From a virus: DNA of 64,000 bases. Shown piece by piece: positions 19,479 through 29,042 of this stretch. The notes below the pieces were generated by a model. The model was not told the DNA's origin and made no database searches. It saw only the letters and a program-made list of their open reading frames with translations. Both the position numbers and the translations under genes were made by a program. Within the stretch, counting starts at the first letter, position 1; each line of letters opens with the position of its first letter. Where the stretch lies: positions 32,001 to 96,000 of the IMG/VR virus record IMGVR_UViG_3300008255_000003. The stretch is one strand, 5' to 3'.

Positions 19479-20315
19479 ATGGCTGATTATCAAATGCTGC
19501 TCTTGTATTACCATCACGATCTCATGTTCTTGGCCAGGGACACCGCGCGCTTCATGATGGCCAAGTGGCGCATAAGGGTCGATTTAGATCCCATTAATTC
19601 TGTGAATGGTATGTTCCAAGATCAGATGACAATGGTGTCTTTTGTGGCAGGCCTTCCGATGACGCCAAGGATGGAGCTTGAGCGCAAAGTCATTGGAGCC
19701 TTTAACAAGGTAGCCAAGCGGTTTGCCGTTCATGGCTGGTCCCCTGTCCTTAGAAACTTTCACAACTATGACGAAGCGCTTGAGGTGTTAAGGCGTTATA
19801 CCAAGGCCAGGTCATACGACATGCCCGAGCTTATGGAGACTCTTCTCACCTATCTTGAGATTGAGCGCGAGGCTATAGAGGCGCTTTGGGGTGATGGGTT
19901 AGAGATGCTCGCAGGTAGTATCCGCGAGGAGATTGATACACTAGGTGATCTTAAGAGTATCTGCATGGACGTTCTTGGTGGGCGAAGGTTTGCCAGCTTC
20001 AACCTGCTAGTCATAAATAACAAATGGCGCGGCGCAGTGGCTTTTCTGGCTGACTTGGTGGCTGTCATTGATCATGAGGCTGGTGAGGAGTATCTATCTG
20101 CTGACGACGCCATGAAGTGCTTGCAATATTGCGCGCTGATGGCCGCCGCGCTTGGTGGGCCTCGTGATGTGCTGGAGCTTGCCAAGGCGATGATTACTGA
20201 TGGATCTGTGGACTGGCCTTTTGTACCACCAAGTAATATGCGTGACTGTCAGTTTGCGGGTGTGAATAAGTTCATTGAGCTTTATGTGAATCGAGCTGGT
20301 GATACTTATTACTAG
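19479..20315 (+). CDS. Hypothetical protein
   Basis: 278 aa ORF in operon. Confidence 0.6.
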   Translation: MADYQMLLLYYHHDLMFLARDTARFMMAKWRIRVDLDPINSVNGMFQDQMTMVSFVAGLPMTPRMELERKVIGAFNKVAKRFAVHGWSPVLRNFHNYDEALEVLRRYTKARSYDMPELMETLLTYLEIEREAIEALWGDGLEMLAGSIREEIDTLGDLKSICMDVLGGRRFASFNLLVINNKWRGAVAFLADLVAVIDHEAGEEYLSADDAMKCLQYCALMAAALGGPRDVLELAKAMITDGSVDWPFVPPSNMRDCQFAGVNKFIELYVNRAGDTYY

Positions 20316-20327
20316 GAGGCCATACAG

Positions 20328-20513
20328 ATAGGTGACGATCATCCATATCGACTTGGCGAAGCTTCAAGTGAAGCTATGGCAATCAGGGAGATCCTTAAGG
20401 CATTGCGAGATGCCGTTCTTGATGATGTGGATCGTATGCTATGCCTGATGCCCGACCTCGCCGATCCACCCCGAAGGACGATTCAGATCCTAAAGGCTAA
20501 GCGTCCAAAATAG
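20328..20513 (+). CDS. Possible 61-aa ORF with ATA at the expected start position
   Basis: GGAGG at 20315-20319, 8 nt before ATA; open frame to TAG 20511-20513. Confidence 0.3.
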   Translation: MGDDHPYRLGEASSEAMAIREILKALRDAVLDDVDRMLCLMPDLADPPRRTIQILKAKRPK

Positions 20514-20528
20514 TGCCCCAAGAGTCGC

Positions 20529-20570
20529 AAAAACAGCCCTCATGCAACAGTTGCATTGGGGCTGTTTTTT
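20529..20570 (+). terminator. Intrinsic terminator-like hairpin with variant palindrome core
   Basis: ACAGCCCTCATGCAAC-A-GTTGCATTGGGGCTGT followed by a T run. Confidence 0.7.
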
Positions 20571-20613
20571 GTGCTTTCCTGCACCATAATTAGCCCCTAA
20601 CATACAACATCCA

Positions 20614-23367
20614 GTGCCCACCAAACCCCAGAAACACTATATGGAGTGTGACATGAGTTCTCTTGATAATAAGTGCGGTTGGCGTCAAGTCTCTCACCAT
20701 GAAGACCCCTACGCTGACATTACTTTTGAGACTTCTGACGTGACGATTAAGGGCGGTAAGGACAAGCCTGACTTCGTGCAAAAGGGTGTGTCGTTCCCAT
20801 CCTTCTACAGCGAGACGTCGCGTAAGGTCGTGGCCAATAAATACTTCTACGGCACCAGGGGTTCTAGGGAGCGCGAGCACTCGATGGCTCATATCGTCGA
20901 TCGTGTGTCTGCCAAGCTTGCAACCTGGGGTGAGGAGCAGGGCTACTTCCCTGACGGTGATAGGCAGCGCGAAGAGTTCTTTAATACGCTTCGTTTCACA
21001 CTTATCAATCAGTACGCCGCCTTTAACTCACCAGTGTGGTTTAACCTGGGCACTCCAGAGCCGCAGCAAGCAAGCGCGTGTTTCATCAACTCGGTCGAGG
21101 ACTCGATTCAGTCGATCATCAACCTTGGCGCTACTGAGATGATGGTGTTTAAGGGCGGATCAGGGGCCGGTGTGAACGTCTCAAGGCTGCGCGGCAAGCA
21201 AGAGCCCCTTAAGGGTGGGGGCGTCTCTAGCGGTCCACTGAGCTTCATGAGGGCCTGGGATGAGGCGGCAGGATCAATCAAGTCAGGCGGCAAAACAAGG
21301 CGTGCGGCTAAGATGGTGGTGATGGACGTTGATCACCCTGACATTATGGAGTTCATCGCCTGTAAGGGTATTGAAGAGAAAAAGGCCCAAGCCCTTATCG
21401 CTGCTGGTTTCGATGGGAGCTTTGATGCTGAGAATGGCGCGTATGCAACCGTTGCATTCCAGAATGCCAATCACTCGGTGTGCATGTCTGATGAGTTCAT
21501 GGACGCAGTGGTCAACGATGATCACTTCAGGCTCGAATGGCGTACAGATCCTAGCAAGGCTGAGGTGGTCAAGGCTCGCAACATCATGTCTGCCGCATGT
21601 CAATCATGCTGGGAGTCGGGCGACCCTGGCGTCCAGTTTGGTGACACCATCAATAAGTGGCATACCTGCCCCAACGATGGCCGTATCGTGGCATCTAACC
21701 CATGCTCCGAGTATTTCCACCTCAATGACACGTCGTGCAACCTGGCCTCACTTAATCTTATGAGGTTCGTGATATTTGAGAACGGTCGCGCAGTGGGCTT
21801 TGATTTTGCTGCGTTTTACAATGCTAGCTATCTCATGGCCCTCGCCTTGGACATCATCATCGACAAGGCCCATTATCCAACTGAGCAGTTGGCAATCGAG
21901 ACTAAGAAGTCTCGCACCATAGGTTTAGGCTTTGCAAACCTTGGTGCTGTAATCATGGCTCTCGGCCTGCCTTATGGTTCTAAAGAGGCGTGCAGGCTCG
22001 CAGCCACGATCACCCATGTGATGAATGCAGCGGCCTACATTAGAAGTGCTAATACCTGCTTAGACCTTGAGCTTGCGCCATTCGAGCGACTTGATCGCAA
22101 CCGTGAGGCTATGTCTAACGTTCTTGGGATGCACGCTGAGGCATTTTTAACGCTTAGGGATGAGACGGATGACAAGCGTTTTGGCTTGGACTCCAATGTT
22201 ATCGACATGAGCTTGAGGGCTTTGTCGAACCTGTCAAGAAATGTGCGTAAGGGTGCCAATCTGCGCAACGCTCAAGCAACTGTTCTTGCCCCGACTGGCA
22301 CCATCTCATTCATGATGGGGTGCGACACTACTGGCGTTGAGCCTGTCCTTGGCCTTGTGAGCTACAAGCAGTTGGTTGGTGGAGGCTTCCTTAAGCTGAC
22401 ACTCGACTGCACCAGATCTGCGCTGCTCAACCTCGGCTACTCGCCCAGCGAGACTGAAGAGGCCCTTTGTCACATCGAAGACCACGACAGCCTTGATGGC
22501 TTTAAGCTCAAGCGTTCAACTGATGCTGAGGTGTTCAAGACATCATTCTCAACATCCCCAGAATATACTCTCGACTGGAAGGCTCATGTTGACATGATGG
22601 CAGCCTGTCAGCCTGCGCTTAGTGGTGCAATATCAAAGACGGTTAACATCAATGAAGATGCTACGCCGAAGGATATTGAGGACATCACCTTCTATTCTTG
22701 GCGCGCTGGGCTCAAGTCGGTGGCGATCTACCGTAACAACTGCAAGCAGTCACAGCCTCTCACGCTCAAGTCTAGTGGTGATAAGAATGTCGAAGATCCG
22801 ATCGAGTCCTTAAGGGAGCATGGTGTCTTAGTGCATGGCGAGCGCAGGAGGCTTGAGAAGACGCGCAAGAGCAGGACGCATACCTTCTCGATCGGCGGTC
22901 AGAAGGGCTACATCATCATTGGTGAGTATGAGGACGGCTCGCCTGGTGAGATCTTTATCAACTTTGCCAAGATGGGGTCTACAGCGCGCGGCTTTGTTGA
23001 CTCGTTCGCCATAGGTCTAAGCCTTGGCCTTCAATATGGGGTGCCGCTTGAGGTGTTCCATAACAAGTATCGCCACATGAGCTTTTCACCATCAGGCTTC
23101 ACGGACAACCCAGAGATCCGCAAGGCCAGCTCCATCCCCGATTACGTCTTGCGCTGGGTTGCGCAAGAGTATTTCAATGATGGTGCAGAAGAGCGTGACG
23201 AGGCCCAAGATGATCAGGTGGTGTCTGACATTGCCAAGATCAGGTCCAAGTCAAAGCTCAAGACAAGCGCCACTGGGGATCTGTGTTCTGTCTGTGGGGG
23301 TCAGTTAGTCCAGGCTGGAACGTGTCACACTTGCACTGAATGCGGCTCTTCTACGGGCTGCGGCTAG
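20614..23367 (+). CDS. nrdJ: Class II (adenosylcobalamin-dependent) ribonucleotide reductase
   Basis: FNSPVWFN, SACFI, IKSGGKTRRAAKM, SNPCSEY, CNLASLNL, LAPTGTIS, SGAISKTVN; C-terminal TSCPD-like domain and CxxC...CxxC ribbon. Start may be at 20641 or 20653. Confidence 0.95.
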   Translation: MPTKPQKHYMECDMSSLDNKCGWRQVSHHEDPYADITFETSDVTIKGGKDKPDFVQKGVSFPSFYSETSRKVVANKYFYGTRGSREREHSMAHIVDRVSAKLATWGEEQGYFPDGDRQREEFFNTLRFTLINQYAAFNSPVWFNLGTPEPQQASACFINSVEDSIQSIINLGATEMMVFKGGSGAGVNVSRLRGKQEPLKGGGVSSGPLSFMRAWDEAAGSIKSGGKTRRAAKMVVMDVDHPDIMEFIACKGIEEKKAQALIAAGFDGSFDAENGAYATVAFQNANHSVCMSDEFMDAVVNDDHFRLEWRTDPSKAEVVKARNIMSAACQSCWESGDPGVQFGDTINKWHTCPNDGRIVASNPCSEYFHLNDTSCNLASLNLMRFVIFENGRAVGFDFAAFYNASYLMALALDIIIDKAHYPTEQLAIETKKSRTIGLGFANLGAVIMALGLPYGSKEACRLAATITHVMNAAAYIRSANTCLDLELAPFERLDRNREAMSNVLGMHAEAFLTLRDETDDKRFGLDSNVIDMSLRALSNLSRNVRKGANLRNAQATVLAPTGTISFMMGCDTTGVEPVLGLVSYKQLVGGGFLKLTLDCTRSALLNLGYSPSETEEALCHIEDHDSLDGFKLKRSTDAEVFKTSFSTSPEYTLDWKAHVDMMAACQPALSGAISKTVNINEDATPKDIEDITFYSWRAGLKSVAIYRNNCKQSQPLTLKSSGDKNVEDPIESLREHGVLVHGERRRLEKTRKSRTHTFSIGGQKGYIIIGEYEDGSPGEIFINFAKMGSTARGFVDSFAIGLSLGLQYGVPLEVFHNKYRHMSFSPSGFTDNPEIRKASSIPDYVLRWVAQEYFNDGAEERDEAQDDQVVSDIAKIRSKSKLKTSATGDLCSVCGGQLVQAGTCHTCTECGSSTGCG

Positions 23368-23384
23368 TCCTTAAGGCTCGCATG

Positions 23385-23419
23385 AAAAAAGGCTGCGCAT
23401 CAAAGCGCAGTCTTTTTTT
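23385..23419 (+). terminator. Intrinsic terminator after nrdJ
   Basis: AAAAAAGGCTGCGC-ATCAAA-GCGCAGTCTTTTTTT. Confidence 0.8.
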
Positions 23420-23430
23420 GTTAATGCCTA

Positions 23431-23458
23431 TTGACATCATTTTCTAACTTTGCATAAT
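23431..23458 (+). promoter_or_regulatory. Sigma70-type promoter
   Basis: TTGACA-N16-CATAAT. Confidence 0.65.
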
Positions 23459-23502
23459 GCCTGTATGCCATGCGCGTTGCCTGGCAACTTTGGAGAAAAC
23501 AC

Positions 23503-23791
23503 ATAAGCTATAATCCCAAGCTTATTGAGCATCTTAAGGCCGGGAAGGTCTTCGACAGCGGACCTGATAAGGCCCGCTGTCGAAGACGAGTACGCTTGGA
23601 GCGTCAAAGCGCGCTGGGAGCTGCCAGCGCTCCAATATGGGGCAAGCGATGACGTCGACGAGGCAGTCAGCGCGGCGCTCCAGGCGTATAAGTGGATCGT
23701 TGAGGATCTTCTCAACCTTCTGATTCCCAACCCGGTCAATTCAGATATTGACGAGTCGGATCTCGTCTGGCCAGGATTCCCACGCAGGTAA
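23503..23791 (+). pseudogene. Possibly frameshifted small gene with ATA start
   Basis: GGAG RBS 7 nt before ATA at 23503; protein-like sequence switches frame near 23560 within a 14-bp hairpin. Confidence 0.3.
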
Positions 23792-23960
23792 TGACCTAAA
23801 ACATGCAACGGTTGCATGTCTGACTTTGGAAGTTCTATGTGGCTTGATGTCATGATCGGCAATCTCTTGAACGAGCTTGCGTGTTGTTTGTCTTCGTGCA
23901 GACTGCTTGTGCTCGTGCTCTTGATCCTGGCCATTGAGCCAACGTCAAACAAGGTGGATA

Positions 23961-24566
23961 ATGAGCGTGAATGACTTGTACGGCACAATAAGGGCGCTGC
24001 CGCCTATCATGCGGCGGCATGGGGTCTATGTGGCTATATCTAACCACATGATCAATCATCCAGGGAGTCGAGAGCAGGTTTTAGCTGAGGTGGTGCCATA
24101 CGCGCGAGATCTTCTTAAGGATGATTACAGCCCAGCGCTTATCCATAGCGGTATGCCTTGCTATGACATAGATCTCCTTAAGCTGGGTATTGGCAACGTG
24201 TATAGCGAAGCAGATCAAGACGCTGATACGGATGATCCACAGCAAAGACTTGAGCACCTTAAGACGTTGGTGATCTTAAGGGACTCGTATGAGCTGACAC
24301 CAAGGGCTTTAAGGGGGATGGGGTTTGGGAAACACCTTAAGGCTTTAATGCTACCAGAGGGCGCAGATAAGCTTCATTATATGGAGAACATTCCCAGCAG
24401 GAATTTTAGTATCATGAATTGCAATGATTATTATCCTGCTGATGATGTGACGTTATTGGATAGCTTAATGCGTGAGAAGTACGGCTTCACAGATGAACAC
24501 AAAGAATACCTCCGCGAGTATGGTGAGAGGCTTGGCCTTAAACGTAACGAAGACTGGTTTGTGTAA
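23961..24566 (+). CDS. Hypothetical protein, N-terminus paralogous to the next ORF
   Basis: DLYGTIRAL...VVPYARD...LLKLGIGNV. Confidence 0.65.
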   Translation: MSVNDLYGTIRALPPIMRRHGVYVAISNHMINHPGSREQVLAEVVPYARDLLKDDYSPALIHSGMPCYDIDLLKLGIGNVYSEADQDADTDDPQQRLEHLKTLVILRDSYELTPRALRGMGFGKHLKALMLPEGADKLHYMENIPSRNFSIMNCNDYYPADDVTLLDSLMREKYGFTDEHKEYLREYGERLGLKRNEDWFV

Positions 24567-25618
24567 TGAATAACCTTGATGTCCTATATGGAGAGCTAAG
24601 GGCTTTGAAGGGGTCGGGTAGCATGACTAGAAGCAAGGTCTACAAGATGCTATCCAAAGCCCTCCAGAGTCATCTTAGTGAGGATGAGTTTGAGGCGAAG
24701 GTGTTGCCTTATGTGCTAGATATGGTCAAGGGTGTCGATGACCCAACGCTCTTCATTGCTGGTGATAATTATCACTCCGAGCTGCTTGATAGGGTTGGGA
24801 TTGGGAATGTGATGGTGAGGGGGTTTGAGGGCGTCAACACTACTGGTCATGTGAGGCATGTTTTTCAAGGCATAGACTCACACGCCTTAGATCGGAGGGA
24901 GAGGTTCTTTCGTCAAGATTACGAGTATCGCATGCGTCTCCCATACACCTTCTGGGCTGAAGCTAATAAGTTGGATCACTTCGATGGGCCTGGAGCGCAG
25001 CCGATCAAGATGTCGGAGGGTGGCAGGGTAAGAGTCCTTCACGTCAATGACTTCGACCTCAGAGTCACCGTTGAGGCATCTACCTGCGATAGGGTTAGGT
25101 ACATTCATGCAAATTCTCTTGCTTTGAGTTGTGCTGATTTTAGCCCACTGCCGGGCCTTAAGTTCTTGAGTGTTGATGGCTCTTTTGACGTTGAGGTGGT
25201 TGGGCCTAAACATACTTGGGAATCGTCGGGATACCCTGGGAATAATTGGCAACCTAGAATGGTGCCCTTCTATCCAGTCACTATGGATATTGAGGTGTTG
25301 GAGATACCAACGCCTGATGACTTCTTGAGGCTACTTAGGAGGGGCATTCGTTTCCCTGATCTTAAGTTTATCTGCTTCACTAGGACGGATCATATCTGGG
25401 AGTCAGCTTTTAATGAAAGCATGGCCGTTGTCACCAAGAGCACTAAGGCTAAGCCCATACTTAGAAAATATGATACAGGGCGAAGATCTTGGGATGAGGA
25501 TCTAGAGGAGTATGGGAATGCTGTGGTGAAAATCCTTGAGATGGATGATGTTGATCTCGACCAACTCCTAACCACTGCTGACATGATCGTTCCTCACTAC
25601 CTGACGTATCTTAGATGA
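24566..25618 (+). CDS. Hypothetical protein with possible LRR-like C-terminal part
   Basis: VLYGELRAL...VLPYVLD...LLDRVGIGNV; later LPGLKFLSV and FPDLKFICF. Confidence 0.65.
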   Translation: MNNLDVLYGELRALKGSGSMTRSKVYKMLSKALQSHLSEDEFEAKVLPYVLDMVKGVDDPTLFIAGDNYHSELLDRVGIGNVMVRGFEGVNTTGHVRHVFQGIDSHALDRRERFFRQDYEYRMRLPYTFWAEANKLDHFDGPGAQPIKMSEGGRVRVLHVNDFDLRVTVEASTCDRVRYIHANSLALSCADFSPLPGLKFLSVDGSFDVEVVGPKHTWESSGYPGNNWQPRMVPFYPVTMDIEVLEIPTPDDFLRLLRRGIRFPDLKFICFTRTDHIWESAFNESMAVVTKSTKAKPILRKYDTGRRSWDEDLEEYGNAVVKILEMDDVDLDQLLTTADMIVPHYLTYLR

Positions 25619-26184
25619 AGAAAATAGACATGCTCAATGCTGGCGTAGAGCTTCTTGAGAGGTTCTGCGCCGCCAATGACATCCCTGCACCTATCCTTAT
25701 CACTGACCGTGAGGACTGGCCGTTTAGCGTGTGTGCTTTTTATCGGAGCGGCCACATCTTCATTAACCTTAAGAAGTGTTCAGGCATAGGCCGTGGAGGG
25801 CCTGCGTGGAGCTATCCTGGCCATTTGGTGGATAGGACGCCTTACGGTGTGCTCCAGCATGAGCTTGGCCACTACGTTGACGTGAGGCTGTCTGAGGTTA
25901 AAGCTCCATACTACGGGTCGCACAGCTTGAAGGTCATGGTGGAGTCTGGGGAGCCTGGCGTGACGACCTATACTCACAATCATGGCGAGTGGTGGGCGGA
26001 GGCCTTCCGGGTCTTTGTCACCAACCCTGATCTGCTTAATCGACTCAGACCTAGAACCTTTGATCTTATCCATGCTAGGCTTAAGCCAGTAGAGCTTAGA
26101 TCTTGGAGAGAAGTCCTTGAGGACGCCCCTGAGCGCACCATGAGCCTGTGCGAGTCCAGGGTTATTGAAGCGGCTCAAGCGTGA
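25615..26184 (+). CDS. Zinc metallopeptidase-like protein
   Basis: HELGH (HExxH) plus downstream EWWAE, a gluzincin-like third ligand. Confidence 0.65.
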   Translation: MKKIDMLNAGVELLERFCAANDIPAPILITDREDWPFSVCAFYRSGHIFINLKKCSGIGRGGPAWSYPGHLVDRTPYGVLQHELGHYVDVRLSEVKAPYYGSHSLKVMVESGEPGVTTYTHNHGEWWAEAFRVFVTNPDLLNRLRPRTFDLIHARLKPVELRSWREVLEDAPERTMSLCESRVIEAAQA

Positions 26185-26474
26185 GGATTGAAGTGTCAAA
26201 GTTTATACCTGTCATTGAATGGAAGACTCGCGAGGTGTGCATCCACGACGACATGATCGTCAACTGCACCACAGATCGTGACATCCCAATGATCAACATC
26301 GCGCAGGTAGGATCGCTAAAGCCAGACCTTCACCGATGGGCTTGTAAGCGAGACAGTGTGAGGTTAGAGCTTGCCAAGCATGGTGTGACCAATCTGAGCG
26401 GCATGACCGAGCTTAACGAGAAGCTGATGCGCCGCATTGCATGGAAGGATATGCAAGATTATATCGACCATTGA
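26181..26474 (+). CDS. Hypothetical protein
   Basis: Overlaps upstream stop. Confidence 0.5.
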   Translation: MRIEVSKFIPVIEWKTREVCIHDDMIVNCTTDRDIPMINIAQVGSLKPDLHRWACKRDSVRLELAKHGVTNLSGMTELNEKLMRRIAWKDMQDYIDH

Positions 26475-26550
26475 CGCCTCACGCGCCAATGGTCGAGTGT
26501 TTTGGTTGTGAGACATGCAACGGTTGCGTGTCTCTATTTTGGAGAACATT

Positions 26551-27408
26551 ATGCACATTGAAGTTGACGTTATTGACGTTGGACGACTTGCGCCCGCCAA
26601 GTTTCATACTTTGAAGCAGTGGGTTGTTATCACGACTGAGCCCGCCGCTGGTAAAACGTCATTACTCAAGATGATGGCGTTTGGCCTATATGATTCAGTG
26701 ACGCAGCCTTCAAAGGCGCTTGATGGCTGCGTCACTGAGGTGTCTTGGACGCCTGAATCTTTGATGGCTCAGCGCTACAACGTCAGTCGTGGTCGAAGCT
26801 CGGCTAGATACTATGGCCTGACTGATGGTGATGTGCGCATCGGCATTGGATCATATAGGGCTTTGGATCGTGGTAGCGCTTTGCTATCGAACCTGCCCTT
26901 TAGGTTGGGGGTAAGTCACCTCGTAGACGAAGGCACCAGGGCTGCTGATGATTACGCTAGTTTGATGTTTAGGGCGCTCTGGCTTCAGCGCTTTTCTGAG
27001 CTTGAGACTGGGGTTAAATCTGACGTCTTGAGCCTGATGTTTGAGATGGTGTTTGGTCTTGCTGATATAGGTTGGGATCTTGGCGGGTTAGATGTCAACT
27101 CCCAAGGCATTACCTTGGGCGGCATAAGTAAGCGTTCTCACTCTACTTCTGAGTCGTCAATCCTGATGATCCTCGGGATGCTGGCCTTTACCGCTATTGA
27201 CAAGAAAGCTTGTGACGTTAGTGGTGTTGTTCTTATTGACGATGCGTTTAAGGACTTTACACCAACTCAGTCGATGGCACTGGTGAGCTGCCTGGGTAAA
27301 ATGTTCCCTGGGTTGACTTTCATCGCGACGGCAATACGCGACACCGACCTTCAGGCTGCTCTTGGTGAGTCTGGCGTTTGTGACTTGGTTTACTTGGAGT
27401 CGTTATGA
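26551..27408 (+). CDS. Degenerate ABC/AAA_21-like ATPase
   Basis: Walker A-like EPAAGKTS; Walker B-like VVLIDD; FPGLTFIAT resembles the FPxxQFIxTTH segment. Confidence 0.6.
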   Translation: MHIEVDVIDVGRLAPAKFHTLKQWVVITTEPAAGKTSLLKMMAFGLYDSVTQPSKALDGCVTEVSWTPESLMAQRYNVSRGRSSARYYGLTDGDVRIGIGSYRALDRGSALLSNLPFRLGVSHLVDEGTRAADDYASLMFRALWLQRFSELETGVKSDVLSLMFEMVFGLADIGWDLGGLDVNSQGITLGGISKRSHSTSESSILMILGMLAFTAIDKKACDVSGVVLIDDAFKDFTPTQSMALVSCLGKMFPGLTFIATAIRDTDLQAALGESGVCDLVYLESL

Positions 27409-28046
27409 GCAAGAATCGAAGGCTTCCACGCATACGGTTTTCGGACACGCACCCCAAGAAACAGGCCGAATATCTCTTGGCTCATGACAGGTATTATGAC
27501 GCCATCAAGGCCTGTTATGGCATTAAGGGTGAAGCAGAGCGATCTTTGATGATGCGCACCATTGCTAAGAAGCGCGATGAGGTGGAAAGCTTCTTACTCA
27601 ACGGGCGCTCAATGCCAGCCTTCGGTGGAACGGAGAAGCAGAACGCATGGTGCGAGAACATATTTTTAGACACCTTGCTTTGGCTTAGGGCTTGGCGTCA
27701 CTGGGCCTTAAACGCAGACATCAGGCACGGGCGCGTTAGCTCTGACTTTAGGCGTCAAAACATGCTGGAGTTGGCTGACATTTTCGAGCTTGAGAACGCC
27801 TTGGCTTGGATTGAGGTGGTTGACGTCCTTATCCCCATGACGGTGCATGGCCCTTACACCTTCAAAGAGCATCCAGACCGTTCAGACGTTCCTGGCGAGA
27901 TCGACGTTAGCCTTTATGCCCACCATGAAGAGCTGGCCTTTGAGAGCATCTCTGGATTCTTGAAGGCTCGTGAGAGTGTCTTTCTGTATGGTCATCCATA
28001 CGGCTTTAAAAAATATTACTTAATAAGTATTGACATTAAAGCTTGA
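27405..28046 (+). CDS. Hypothetical protein
   Basis: 213 aa; contains GGTEKQNAW. Confidence 0.6.
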   Translation: MSKNRRLPRIRFSDTHPKKQAEYLLAHDRYYDAIKACYGIKGEAERSLMMRTIAKKRDEVESFLLNGRSMPAFGGTEKQNAWCENIFLDTLLWLRAWRHWALNADIRHGRVSSDFRRQNMLELADIFELENALAWIEVVDVLIPMTVHGPYTFKEHPDRSDVPGEIDVSLYAHHEELAFESISGFLKARESVFLYGHPYGFKKYYLISIDIKA

Positions 28047-28057
28047 GCGATCATAAT
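28030..28057 (+). promoter_or_regulatory. Sigma70-type promoter with a palindrome copy near the predicted start site
   Basis: TTGACA-N16-CATAAT, then a half-site and the full palindrome at 28066. Confidence 0.7.
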
Positions 28058-28100
28058 GCAACCCATGCAACGGTTGCATCCATAACTGATAAGGGGCTTT

Positions 28101-28343
28101 ATGAAGATCGCAACATGGAACGCTCATGCTTACGAGTTCCGCGCGCTTGACGCGCTAGGTTTGCCCTACAAGAGGGTCGGATACGCTGGTCTTTGCGTCA
28201 GCGATCACGCGATCGCTGGCATATACGGGGCGACGCCAGATATGCTCTGGGCGGACTCCAAGGATGAATATGAAAGATTGATGAAAGGTTTGACAAGGCT
28301 CAAAAATAACCTAGCCCGCGTAGACCGCTCGGAGCAGGCTTAA
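28101..28343 (+). CDS. Hypothetical protein
   Basis: AAGGGG RBS downstream of the promoter. Confidence 0.55.
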   Translation: MKIATWNAHAYEFRALDALGLPYKRVGYAGLCVSDHAIAGIYGATPDMLWADSKDEYERLMKGLTRLKNNLARVDRSEQA

Positions 28344-28399
28344 TCTCAATTACATAAAGAGCCCAGCCTAATGTAGGGCGGGGCTAATTTGGAGGCTCT

Positions 28400-28966
28400 A
28401 TGACAACGCAAGTTATGTTCGACGCAATGGCGGAATATGAGGATTATGAGACGCTTAACGAGGCTGGTCAGTTTGGGATCAGCGTGGAGCTTGGATGTCT
28501 CGAAGGCCTGATGGCCTTCGAGCTTCTGCGCAAGCTCTATCATCATGGGGCGACTGTCTTTGATCGTCTAGCGCTCGCGGCGATCCACACTGACCGCTTC
28601 ACCGATCGCGGCAATGCGGCGATCATTGAGGACTATTTTGCTTGGCTCAACACTGAGTGGCAGGAGGTCTGCGAGGAGAGTGGCTTTGCCTACGCCCCAG
28701 TGTGGCCAGAATATGATGGAAAAACCTTAAGTCATGTGACGGGCTCGGGGCAGACAACGTTCGAGCTTCTTCTGCATGAGGGCAGGGGCTCAACACTAAC
28801 AGTCACTAGGCTTGAGGACTTCGACATCGAAGACACGCGCGGCGAGTTGATCAGGAGTGTCATTAGGATGTTCGAGGGCTCGCGCTACGCGGCAATGCAG
28901 GTTATCGCAAGCCTAAGTTCGGATGAGTCGCGCGAGATACTCGCGCAGTACATCGCGACGGCCTAG
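28400..28966 (+). CDS. Hypothetical protein
   Basis: TTGGAGG RBS. Confidence 0.65.
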   Translation: MTTQVMFDAMAEYEDYETLNEAGQFGISVELGCLEGLMAFELLRKLYHHGATVFDRLALAAIHTDRFTDRGNAAIIEDYFAWLNTEWQEVCEESGFAYAPVWPEYDGKTLSHVTGSGQTTFELLLHEGRGSTLTVTRLEDFDIEDTRGELIRSVIRMFEGSRYAAMQVIASLSSDESREILAQYIATA

Positions 28967-28992
28967 CATCACAAGCCTCCTATGATACAGTA

Positions 28993-29029
28993 AGCCAGAC
29001 ATGCAACGGTTGCGTGTCTGGCTTTTTTT
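28993..29029 (+). terminator. Intrinsic terminator-like hairpin with palindrome core
   Basis: AAGCCAGACATGCAAC-G-GTTGCGTGTCTGGCTT followed by a T run. Confidence 0.75.
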
Positions 29030-29042
29030 ATGGAGGTAGCAA

